A stretch of 64,000 nt of DNA, taken from NCBI GenBank assembly GCA_965367815.1, contig CBDUKN010000001.1, forward strand, positions 128,001 to 192,000, written 5' to 3'. Made by a program: the position numbers and the translations under genes. The notes under the pieces are model-generated. The model saw only the letters and a program-made list of their open reading frames with translations. It was not told the DNA's origin and did not search any database. Each line of letters begins with the position of its first letter. Position 1 is the first letter of the stretch. The DNA comes from an uncultured Thermoprotei archaeon (lineage in GTDB: Archaea; Thermoproteota; Thermoprotei; Thermofilales; B15-G2). Shown in pieces: positions 38,184 through 47,127 of this stretch.

Positions 38184-38243
38184 CTGAAGTAAAAAGTAAA
38201 AATCTTTCAGACATAAATGTTCCATTTAAATATGACTAGTAAT

Positions 38244-40088
38244 TTAGGCCACAAAACCTGCGCCTTCTATAGGAACGCATATTAAGACTCCTGTCCTAGG
38301 TTTGCCGTACTTATCGTAGTACTCTCTATAAAGTATGTCAACTACTTCTTTGATGTACTTTTCGTCAACTAATGCTATTACACATCCTCCTAAACCTGCT
38401 CCAGCTAACTGCGCACCTATAACTCCCTTTTGACGCAAAAGAAGGTCTACAAGATAGTCTGTTTCCTTTATACTACATCGATAGGCTCCGGGCTGCATAA
38501 AGAGCTGTTTTTCCGGATTATCACCAGGTAGCTTGATTAAATAATCTAAGTAGTCGTCGGTAGCACTCCACTTCCACTCTTTTTCAACGCTATCACTGTA
38601 CTTTACTACTCTATCTCCATCGTGTGAGATCTTCATAAGCTCACCGAATTTTTCCACATCACCTTTAGACAATATGTCGTAAACTATTCGGCTTCGCTCA
38701 CATTCAGCTATGCCGAAGAAACAAACATCTCTTATAGCATAGCCTTCAGCAGGCTCTTTATGTTCTCTAAAAATCTGTTTAAGCCGCTCTTTTTCTTCAG
38801 GAAGTATTTCAAGTATTTCTTTTCTACTAGCTCTTAAGGGCAGAGATTTCAGCATAGAGTATATTGTATTTAAGTCAAAGTTCAGTGTATTTATATCCCT
38901 CAGATACTTGACTTCAGAAAGTAGCTTTGGATATCTTTTCTTAAGAATCATGAACCCTATTTCATAGCACGCTACTCTCTGATTAAAAATATCTTTAGCT
39001 CCAGTCATCTTTTTTGCTTCAACAAAAGAATTGCAGACAAGTACTCTATAGCCTGAAGGAAACTTTGCGTAACTTATTCTCAGAGGGAAGAAGCCTATGT
39101 GTGAAACATAGCCAGCTCTACCCCATATCATTGCTGCGTGGTCGCCGCAGCCACCACGGGTTCCCACATACCACTCACTGTAGCCGCAGAGCTCTATAAG
39201 CCGTTTCTTAGATATCTTTAGGTTATTTGCGGCGATAGTAGCAAGATAAGTTGCCACAACAAGTGCTGATGAAGACGAGAGACCAGCAGACATAGGTATA
39301 TCTCCGTAGAAAAGCATGTCGAGTCCTCTGAGTTTCCTCAAGTACCATTCATCGTCAATACGGTAGTATTCCTGCAAATAGACTATAGATTTAATGTAAT
39401 TAATCCAAGACTTTTCTTCGCCCCTACAAGCTCTTTCCTCGTACTTTACTTGAGTCCACTTTCTCCACTCATCAATACTCTTAATCTTCTTCTCGGGGAG
39501 CTCTTCACTGAGCTTAAATTCTCCTCCTGGAAACTTTTCTTCATAGTAGTTTTCTACTTTAAATAGATCGTCTTCACGTGAAGAAGCTACAAGCACGACT
39601 TCTCTGTTAAAAGTAATAGGATTAACATATCCTCCTCGGTGGTCGACGTGCCGGCCCATTAAATTCACTCGTCCAGGTACTCTTACTAAAAACACTTTTC
39701 TCGAGCCATATTTATCTTTAAATCTATTTAAAACATCAAGGTATATTTTCTTACGTTCTTCAATTATATCAGGATAGTCTCCGAAAATTTTGCTGAAGTC
39801 TATTTGATTTTCTTTAATGCGCTCTAGGAGCTTCTCTATTTCCTGCGGCTTAGGGTAAGTCACTAGCTCTAAGTTGGGGTATCCGGACTCAATAACTTGT
39901 CCGTATAGTTTCTCGCCTACTACTTTCGAATTAGATTCTATTAAACAGCACGAAATCTCGCTATTCTTTATATATACGTTTTCGGAAATAATGCTGTCTT
40001 CGATAACAGAAAATTCAACAGTAGTATTATTCTCTAAAACAGTCTTTTCCTCGAATCTCTGTTTTCCTTTAACTACTATCTGTTTCAC
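38244..40088 (-). CDS. Galactokinase-like GHMP sugar kinase with short N-terminal beta-helix-like extension
   Basis: PGRVNLMGRHVDH, PMSAGLSSSSA, GAQLAGAGLGG. Confidence 0.85.
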   Translation of the reverse strand: MKQIVVKGKQRFEEKTVLENNTTVEFSVIEDSIISENVYIKNSEISCCLIESNSKVVGEKLYGQVIESGYPNLELVTYPKPQEIEKLLERIKENQIDFSKIFGDYPDIIEERKKIYLDVLNRFKDKYGSRKVFLVRVPGRVNLMGRHVDHRGGYVNPITFNREVVLVASSREDDLFKVENYYEEKFPGGEFKLSEELPEKKIKSIDEWRKWTQVKYEERACRGEEKSWINYIKSIVYLQEYYRIDDEWYLRKLRGLDMLFYGDIPMSAGLSSSSALVVATYLATIAANNLKISKKRLIELCGYSEWYVGTRGGCGDHAAMIWGRAGYVSHIGFFPLRISYAKFPSGYRVLVCNSFVEAKKMTGAKDIFNQRVACYEIGFMILKKRYPKLLSEVKYLRDINTLNFDLNTIYSMLKSLPLRASRKEILEILPEEKERLKQIFREHKEPAEGYAIRDVCFFGIAECERSRIVYDILSKGDVEKFGELMKISHDGDRVVKYSDSVEKEWKWSATDDYLDYLIKLPGDNPEKQLFMQPGAYRCSIKETDYLVDLLLRQKGVIGAQLAGAGLGGCVIALVDEKYIKEVVDILYREYYDKYGKPRTGVLICVPIEGAGFVA

Positions 40089-40119
40089 GTTATAGGCTTA
40101 GTATTTAGCACTTAAATTA

Positions 40120-42570
40120 TTAGCCGGGAATTATAATATAGTCTACTCGCAAGTCTATTTTGCGGTAGCCTGTAATATCTGTTAAAAGTGTTTTAAATTC
40201 ATTTAACTCTGATACATTCAAAAGCTGTTTAGAAAGCTCGCTCTGTTTTAAAAGGAAGTGAATCACTATATCAACTTGTTTACCTTTAAATGAAACTGAA
40301 ACAAGAATTCTGCTTTCTGAAACATTGAAGTATGTTGCAGCAGCTGTTCTCACTATGTGCGATACTTCACTCAAGTTTCTTGTGTAAAATACTGTTTCAT
40401 ATACTGATAGACTCTGTAGAGTAATGTATGCTAGCATAAATATTACGAAGGAGTAGAGAATTACGTGTGATTTATATTTTCTGAGTTTCTTCCACAGAAC
40501 AGCTCCGGCGAAGAATATTGTATTGAGTAAAAGACCCAGCAAAGCTACTCTAGAGAAATAGTATATTTTAAGCAAAATTGCTAATGATCCCCATAGAGCT
40601 ATATTAACTAGAAGAGCGGAGGCTGCAGCTTTTCTCTGCTTCTTGCCGCTAGCTATTTTTACTAACAGTATTGCTAACCCAAGAACTAGTAAAGCTGAAA
40701 CGGCTATCGAAAGAGTCGGCGAATACATAGCTATAGCGTATGTACTGACACCTATTTTTTCCATAAGTTGTGAAACAAGTTGATCGATTATCGAAAGCAT
40801 ATATGATACTGCAAAAGAAATTTCAGCTAAAGATAAGGTAAGGCAGATTGACGCAGAGATTGTTACCGGCAAAACGATATACTTGAGGAATATTGAAGTA
40901 ATGTTCTTAATATATGGAGTAATAGTTCTAACAAGTTCTTTAAAACTTCCTATCTGTGTATCAATAGGAGTTTCAATATTTAAGCTGACGTTGACCCAGT
41001 ATTTTACTAAAGTCAAAATTTTAGTAAAAAGAACCTTAAGATAATCTGCCTCATTTATATCAAAAAGTCCTCTTATGTATTGCGATATTATCTTGATTAC
41101 CGGTAGCAGGACATAGATTCTCGCCGCTAAGTATGCTGAAAGCTTTATTGCAAGCAAGTTAGCTATAAGTAGCGAGAGAGCGCCTAAAGCTATATCAGCT
41201 CTCTTCAATGCAAGACCTATACCTATAGTAGAGGCTGGAGGTACAAGAGCTATAGCTATAGCTGCGCCAACTAAAATAGCATAGTTTTCTTTGCCACCTA
41301 TAAGCGATACTACTGCAGCCAAACCCGAGCCTACGGCAATAACTAGGTCTGCAAAATTAGGTCTAGCTCTCTCCATAATTAAAGGAGTTTCAGAGAGCGG
41401 AATAACCATAGAAGATATTTTAGCTATCAAAAGAGATTCTATAACAACTAATGCTACTAAAATAAACTCGTTTTTAAGGCTTTTTAAGTACTTTGCTCCT
41501 TCCTTCTTTTCTTCTGCTAGCAGTAGCCAGTCAAATGTGCTATAAACAGAGACAGAAAGTAGAGGAGCTATGATCATAGCTCCAATTACTGTCACGGTAT
41601 TATTCATTAGAAGTCCTACTGTTGCCATAAGAGCCGAAAGACTAGCTAAAATAAGTGTGCGTATATCTAGCGAAGCTTGTTCTTTAGCTTTTTCTAAGAG
41701 AGTTTTTTTGGCTGCTTCAACACTCTCCTTAAGATTCTCAACAATATTTCTTTTAGTCAAAAGAACTATGTTGTTTGTCCAAGAATCAGTACTCGAGACA
41801 TAAAGTGGAAAAACTATAAAGAAGATAAGCATGAAAATAAAAGTTCCCAATGAAGCTATACTTAGCCAAAAACTGTAAACCAAGTATGGATCATAGGATA
41901 AGCTTTTATCAATTGCTGAAAATAATTTGTGTAGTAGAATATAGTCTTGAGAAATAGTTATTTTTCTTTCTAAATCATTAAGCAAATTTTCTGCTTCTTG
42001 ATAAAAAATAGCACTTTTACTTATATTATTTTCTTTATATGCTCTAAAAGCAGAACTTAGTTTTTCGCTCAATTTCCTAAAGGAACTCTTTAGACTTAAG
42101 GCAAGCGGTGTTTCCTCTTCAAGAATATCTTCCACTTCAGCTTTCAAAGTAACATATTTTGAGAGAAGTAAATATAGATCTGTCTGCGTTGGAGCAATAA
42201 GTATTTCCTTAAATGAAGAACCTAGTACTCGTCCGCCAGAAAGTACTTCTACTTTAAGACGATATTCTCCAGGAGGATCTCTTTCAGAAATATAAAGTGT
42301 TTCAGAAATAGATTCAGTGCTATTATTTAAATAAACTTGTTTTACTACTGACCAGTAAATATGATCATTTTTTTGTAAAGAAATTTTTACATAAACTCTC
42401 CCTAAGTTAACTTTAGTGGAAAGGTCTATTTTACAGAATATTTCCGATGGCTTCAAATATGTTTTCTGAGGAATAAAAATAGATACAGAGACAAGTGAAG
42501 GATAAGTAAATGTGAGCAACAGTAGATAGAAAACTATCAGCAATGTACACGTTGTAGTTGCTTTACGCAC
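40120..42570 (-). CDS. DUF389 (TIGR00341-like) membrane protein with large N-terminal extracellular region
   Basis: ATVGLLMNNTVTVIGAMIIAPL, GAAIAIALVPPASTIGIG; N-terminal signal-like segment and DPPGEYRLKVEV Ig-like strand. Confidence 0.8.
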   Translation of the reverse strand: MRKATTTCTLLIVFYLLLLTFTYPSLVSVSIFIPQKTYLKPSEIFCKIDLSTKVNLGRVYVKISLQKNDHIYWSVVKQVYLNNSTESISETLYISERDPPGEYRLKVEVLSGGRVLGSSFKEILIAPTQTDLYLLLSKYVTLKAEVEDILEEETPLALSLKSSFRKLSEKLSSAFRAYKENNISKSAIFYQEAENLLNDLERKITISQDYILLHKLFSAIDKSLSYDPYLVYSFWLSIASLGTFIFMLIFFIVFPLYVSSTDSWTNNIVLLTKRNIVENLKESVEAAKKTLLEKAKEQASLDIRTLILASLSALMATVGLLMNNTVTVIGAMIIAPLLSVSVYSTFDWLLLAEEKKEGAKYLKSLKNEFILVALVVIESLLIAKISSMVIPLSETPLIMERARPNFADLVIAVGSGLAAVVSLIGGKENYAILVGAAIAIALVPPASTIGIGLALKRADIALGALSLLIANLLAIKLSAYLAARIYVLLPVIKIISQYIRGLFDINEADYLKVLFTKILTLVKYWVNVSLNIETPIDTQIGSFKELVRTITPYIKNITSIFLKYIVLPVTISASICLTLSLAEISFAVSYMLSIIDQLVSQLMEKIGVSTYAIAMYSPTLSIAVSALLVLGLAILLVKIASGKKQRKAAASALLVNIALWGSLAILLKIYYFSRVALLGLLLNTIFFAGAVLWKKLRKYKSHVILYSFVIFMLAYITLQSLSVYETVFYTRNLSEVSHIVRTAAATYFNVSESRILVSVSFKGKQVDIVIHFLLKQSELSKQLLNVSELNEFKTLLTDITGYRKIDLRVDYIIIPG

Positions 42571-42690
42571 AGTGCTTAAGACGAGTAGAGCTATAAGATT
42601 CTTTCTCTCGAGAGCTTTGACTATGTAAGCGCATAGGTTTATCTTGATGCTAATAATTCAAGCAGATAATTGAACTAACATCAGTAATGC

Positions 42691-43461
42691 ATGGTTTACT
42701 TAATAGAAATACTTATCTACTTCGCTTCGGTATATCTGATACTGGTGCAAAGTTTGAGAGAAAAGGTCCTTAAGATAATTAAGAGAGCTTACTCTGAAGG
42801 AAGAAAAATTCTTCTCCCTCATGAGGCTGAGGAAATCTGCAAATGCTACGGGATTCCTGTACCAAAATCCGGTTTTGCTAAAACCGCAGAAGAAGCTGTT
42901 AAAATAGCTAGTGAAATAGGATACCCTGTTGTACTTAAAATAATTTCACCGGAAATAGTTCATAAAAGCGATGTTGGAGGAGTCGCTTTAAACTTATCTT
43001 CTCCGGAAGAAGTTAAGAAAGCTTTCGAAGAAATGCTGGAAAAAGTAAGTAAAGTTAATCCCAAGGCAAATATTCTAGGAGTCTATGTTCAAAAAATGCT
43101 ACCCAAAGGCAGTATCGAAGTAATCGTCGGAGGACTCAAAGACCAGACATTTGGTCCAGTAGTTATGTTCGGGCTAGGCGGGGTTTTCGTCGAAGTACTA
43201 GAAGACGTTACTTTTAGAGTAGCACCTCTTTCCAAGAGAGAAGCACTTGAAATGATCAAAGACATCAAAGGCTATAAAATTTTAAAAGGATTTAGAAACT
43301 TTCCTCCAAGAGATCTTGAGGCAGTAGCCGACATTATAGTGAAGGCATCGCATATAATTTACAATAACCAAGAAATAAAAGAAATGGATCTTAACCCAGT
43401 AATGGTCTACGAGAAAGGCAAAGGCGCATATGTTGTAGACGCCAGAATAATACTAGAATAA
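42691..43461 (+). CDS. acdB: Acetate--CoA ligase (ADP-forming) beta subunit, ATP-grasp
   Basis: YPVVLKIISPEIVHKSDVGGV, FGPVVMFGLGGVFVE, EMDLNP, VVDARI; probable start GTG 42745. Confidence 0.9.
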   Translation: MVYLIEILIYFASVYLILVQSLREKVLKIIKRAYSEGRKILLPHEAEEICKCYGIPVPKSGFAKTAEEAVKIASEIGYPVVLKIISPEIVHKSDVGGVALNLSSPEEVKKAFEEMLEKVSKVNPKANILGVYVQKMLPKGSIEVIVGGLKDQTFGPVVMFGLGGVFVEVLEDVTFRVAPLSKREALEMIKDIKGYKILKGFRNFPPRDLEAVADIIVKASHIIYNNQEIKEMDLNPVMVYEKGKGAYVVDARIILE

Positions 43462-43465
43462 ATAC

Positions 43466-44098
43466 ATGAAATTAGACGCGTCTGTAGGGTTTTTACTGGC
43501 CTTTTCACTAAACCTAGTTTTCACATTAATGAAGAATTATGTTGCAGCCCGCATAACCTCGTATTTTATTCTCGCAACAACTATTGTCATATTTAAAGCA
43601 CGTAGCTTCAAACTAGGCTTAAATGCAGAGTCTATAGTAGCAGGACTTTTCTACTCGATTCTTCCTCACTATTTCAACCTAATGATTTTAGGTCTGGCTA
43701 ATGAAGTGTCCTTTATTGCATTAAACTCAATGCTCATTATACCAAATTTATTTACTTCTATTATAGAGGAACTCTACTTTAGAGTACTCCTTTACGATAC
43801 ACTAAAGAAAAGTTATTTTAAAACATCATTGATGTTTTCTCTATTTCATTTATCTCTTTATACTTTCAATGAAGCTATTCTTTCACTAATTTTAGTAGCA
43901 TTTTATTTTTCTCTTGGAATAATTTTTCAAGTACTGTATGAAAAGCATGGTTTTGCTGCATGTTCTACTTCTCACATAGCATTCAATATAGTTGCTTCAA
44001 TGTATTTAGTTAATTTAAAATATTTATGTTTAGCTGTAATAATATTTACAACTATGGCTACGGCTTTAATAATTAAAGAAATTATTTATAGATATTAA
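43466..44098 (+). CDS. CPBP/Abi (CAAX type II) intramembrane glutamic protease
   Basis: EELYFR, FSLFH, SHIAFN motifs; hydrophobic. Confidence 0.8.
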   Translation: MKLDASVGFLLAFSLNLVFTLMKNYVAARITSYFILATTIVIFKARSFKLGLNAESIVAGLFYSILPHYFNLMILGLANEVSFIALNSMLIIPNLFTSIIEELYFRVLLYDTLKKSYFKTSLMFSLFHLSLYTFNEAILSLILVAFYFSLGIIFQVLYEKHGFAACSTSHIAFNIVASMYLVNLKYLCLAVIIFTTMATALIIKEIIYRY

Positions 44099-44143
44099 AT
44101 AAAACTTAAGTAAAAAGTAAATTTATAAAAATGAACTTATTTT

Positions 44144-45115
44144 TTAGTAAGTCTTTCCTGTGAGAGAAGCTATTGTCGGCGAGTTTACTCCAGTTGCTAT
44201 AAACATTATCTTTGGGTACTGTAACCCTTTCTCTAGTCTTAGGCCCCAGAATGTTCTCTCAATCTTATACTTACTTGTTATTATTTGGTTGGCGGCAGAT
44301 GCCTCTTCTAGAGTAGTTTTCTCAGGAGCTACTACATATATTAGAGCTGACTCAGCGTCACTGAGGTCTGCGTCAAGTAGCTTGTTTTTTATGGCATTGT
44401 TTGCCGCTTCAGATACTTTGAGTCCTACACCGTGTCCCACCATTCCTAGTCCAGAGTCTCTGCATGCCGAAATAATGTCTGCGTAGCTGATGCTAATTAA
44501 GCTTGGTTTTGTAACTAAGTCAATAATGGACTTAAGAGTACTTACAAGTATTGAGTCCATAAACTTGAAAGCGAAGTTTACTGGAATTCCTCCTATCTTA
44601 TTTAGTAGTATATCGTTTAAGTTTGTTATTGTTAAGTCTGCTACGTCAAGTATTTTAGTTAACCCGTATCTAGCGTTGTCGAGACGATTCACTCCTTCGA
44701 ATGTGAAGGGTAGTGTTACTAGTGCTATTCTTAGTGCGTCTGGGAATCTGTTTCTTAGTTCTTCTAGTAGTACTGGTATTCCTCCGCTTGCTGTACCACC
44801 ACCAAGACCACCAGTAACAATGACTACATTAGGAACTCCGATTGAGTTAATTATGCGGCTTACATCGTCTCTCATTGCTGCTTCTCCTAGACTTGGGTTT
44901 CCTCCTGTTCCATGTCCTCTTGTTATTGTTTGCCCAATTAATATTTTATTGGGTACTTTAACTGACTGTAAGTGAACAGCCTCAGTATGAACAGCAACAG
45001 CTAAAACATCTTCAGTAGCACCAACCTCATACAACCTATTCAAAGTATTACAACCACAACCACCAACACCGACAACAACTATGTTTATTCTCTCCCCCAT
45101 TGTTTCACCCCTCAA
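44144..45115 (-). CDS. ftsZ: Divergent FtsZ/tubulin-family GTPase, paralog 3
   Basis: GVGGCGCN, GHGTGGNP, GGLGGGTASGG, PFTFEG; T7 loop SLISISYAD. Confidence 0.88.
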   Translation of the reverse strand: MRGETMGERINIVVVGVGGCGCNTLNRLYEVGATEDVLAVAVHTEAVHLQSVKVPNKILIGQTITRGHGTGGNPSLGEAAMRDDVSRIINSIGVPNVVIVTGGLGGGTASGGIPVLLEELRNRFPDALRIALVTLPFTFEGVNRLDNARYGLTKILDVADLTITNLNDILLNKIGGIPVNFAFKFMDSILVSTLKSIIDLVTKPSLISISYADIISACRDSGLGMVGHGVGLKVSEAANNAIKNKLLDADLSDAESALIYVVAPEKTTLEEASAANQIITSKYKIERTFWGLRLEKGLQYPKIMFIATGVNSPTIASLTGKTY

Positions 45116-46034
45116 TGAATTTTGTTACCATATCAGATTTAACATTTGTTGCTATAAACCCTACTTTCGGAGACTGTACTGCCCAAGTTGGCTTGAATCC
45201 GAAATACGCGTTTACCACATTGTATTTGCTTGTTATTGTTCCTTGGATATCGAAGATATCTGATGTGCTTAAAGCAGTCTCAGTGCTTTCTACAACTACT
45301 ATTGCTCCTCTTGCATCTTTAAAGTTTAGTTCACAGTAAGGGCTCTCACAGGCCTTGATAAAGGCTTCTCTTACATTAAGTCCTTCGCCTAGCCCTATAA
45401 AGCCTAGACCTGACTTAACTGCTATTGACTTGAATACATTGAAGTCTACGTTCATTAGTCCAGGTATAGGTGTAATTTGATCCAGTGCTTTCAGTACGTA
45501 GATAGCATTTGCTATCAGTTTGTCTAAAGTACGGTATGCTCTAGGTAGAGCCATAGTTGGGTGCTTTTCTTTGAGTTTATCGTTAAAGTGTACTATAGTC
45601 ATATCCGATGATTCTATTATTTGAGGTAGAGCAGTTTTAGCATTGTTTATTCTTGGAAGAGCTTCTGTTCTGAAAGGTATAGTTACAAAAGATACTACTA
45701 GCGTATCTAACTGACTCTTAATGTTTTCTACTAGAACAGAGTGTCCTCCGCTACCTGTTCCTCCACCTAAGCCAGAGATTACAACTACTAGCTCAGAGCC
45801 TTCAATTCTCTCAACAATTTTTGGAACTAAGTTTTCGACAGCTTTTCTGCCAAGCTCCATTGAGCCCGCAGTAGATCTTCCTTCACCTACCTGCAGGACA
45901 TACTTAGCTTTAGCCGTTTTAAGAGCTAGGGAATCGGTATCTACAGCTATTGTTGTCAGGTCTTTTATATCTAGTGCAATATTGTTAAGGGCGTTTAGTC
46001 CTCTACCGCCTATACCTATTACTGATATCTTCAT
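45105..46034 (-). CDS. ftsZ: Divergent FtsZ/tubulin-family GTPase, paralog 2
   Basis: GIGGRGLN, SGLGGGTGSGG, PFRTEA; T7 loop GLMNVDFNV. Confidence 0.88.
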   Translation of the reverse strand: MKISVIGIGGRGLNALNNIALDIKDLTTIAVDTDSLALKTAKAKYVLQVGEGRSTAGSMELGRKAVENLVPKIVERIEGSELVVVISGLGGGTGSGGHSVLVENIKSQLDTLVVSFVTIPFRTEALPRINNAKTALPQIIESSDMTIVHFNDKLKEKHPTMALPRAYRTLDKLIANAIYVLKALDQITPIPGLMNVDFNVFKSIAVKSGLGFIGLGEGLNVREAFIKACESPYCELNFKDARGAIVVVESTETALSTSDIFDIQGTITSKYNVVNAYFGFKPTWAVQSPKVGFIATNVKSDMVTKFIEG

Positions 46035-46035
46035 A

Positions 46036-47043
46036 CTATCTCGCCTCCAGGAATTGTTCTACTAAGGGGGATTTAACACTTGCCACTAATAACATTACTT
46101 GCGGATTGTGCACCCTCCAATTATACCTGACGCCCCAATACACAGTGCCTATACCGTATTTTTCACTGAGTATTCTTGGGACTTCCTCAATTTCTCTAAG
46201 GGAAAGCATGCTTCTAGTGCCTTCAGCGTAAACTACAGCTCCCCTAGCACCACTTAAGTCTGCTTCACAGTAGTTTTTAGCTAGAGCTTCTTCAAATGCG
46301 TCAATAAAGCGCAGGCCAGAGCCTATGCCAACAAAGCCGAGTCCACTTTCTCTCGTTAATCTCTCGATGTTAGAGAAGTCTATATTAACTAAACCTGGCT
46401 CAGGTTTGAGTCCCTGCAGCTTAGTTAATCCATTAATTAAATCTACTAGGTGTTTATCCATTTCTCTAAATGCCTGTTGAATGCTATATGCGCCTACTTT
46501 TTCCTTAAGAATATCATTAAAGTTAACTAAAGTCATATCAGCTAAATCGAGTAACTCAGATAGAGCCATTTGAGCATTCTGGATACGTTCAATACCTTCT
46601 GAGGAGAAGGGTATTGTTACTACTGCCCAGACAAGTCTATTCTTCATGTTTTCTTTTATGTATTCTGCTAGTGCTAGTATTCCTCCTGTTCCTGTACCGC
46701 CGCCGAGACCAGCAGTAAGAATATACAGCTCAGCATCCTTGACTGGGGCAAGGACTTTGTCTACTTCGCGGCTCATTATCTCTCTACCAAGAGCAGGACT
46801 ACCAGCACTACCACGACCACGAGTAACAGTCTCACCAATCAATACACGGTACTTAGCTCTAGTCACACTTAAGGCTGCTGCGTCAGTATTTACAGCAACT
46901 GTAGGTACTTGTATTCCAGCATTAGTTAAGTTAGTTATGGTGTTACATCCACATCCTCCTATACCGATTATGGCCATTTTTAAAATCGCTCTCCTTGCTA
47001 ATGTTTCGGCAAGTGTTCTGTCTTCAATAAATCTCCTCGACAC
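46036..47043 (-). CDS. ftsZ: Divergent FtsZ/tubulin-family GTPase, paralog 1
   Basis: GIGGCGCN, VNTD, AGLGGGTGTGG, PFSSEG; T7 loop GLVNIDFSN. Confidence 0.9.
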   Translation of the reverse strand: MSRRFIEDRTLAETLARRAILKMAIIGIGGCGCNTITNLTNAGIQVPTVAVNTDAAALSVTRAKYRVLIGETVTRGRGSAGSPALGREIMSREVDKVLAPVKDAELYILTAGLGGGTGTGGILALAEYIKENMKNRLVWAVVTIPFSSEGIERIQNAQMALSELLDLADMTLVNFNDILKEKVGAYSIQQAFREMDKHLVDLINGLTKLQGLKPEPGLVNIDFSNIERLTRESGLGFVGIGSGLRFIDAFEEALAKNYCEADLSGARGAVVYAEGTRSMLSLREIEEVPRILSEKYGIGTVYWGVRYNWRVHNPQVMLLVASVKSPLVEQFLEAR

Positions 47044-47127
47044 GTATATTACCTTGAAATAACTTTAAAAACTTTGCCGTTAATCTTATGTGCACTTGGA
47101 ATCTCTTAAAAATAGCCGAAGTATGTT

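Noticed and set aside
43466-44098. CPBP protease as part of the FtsZ system
   Set aside because: Convergent orientation and coupled to acdB; no evidence of a link beyond adjacency
44160-46065. Plus-strand ORFs antisense to the ftsZ-like genes, and similar shadow ORFs throughout (e.g. 462-857, 28827-29219, 57757-58311)
   Set aside because: Ser/Ile/Pro-rich mirror translations of strongly supported opposite-strand genes
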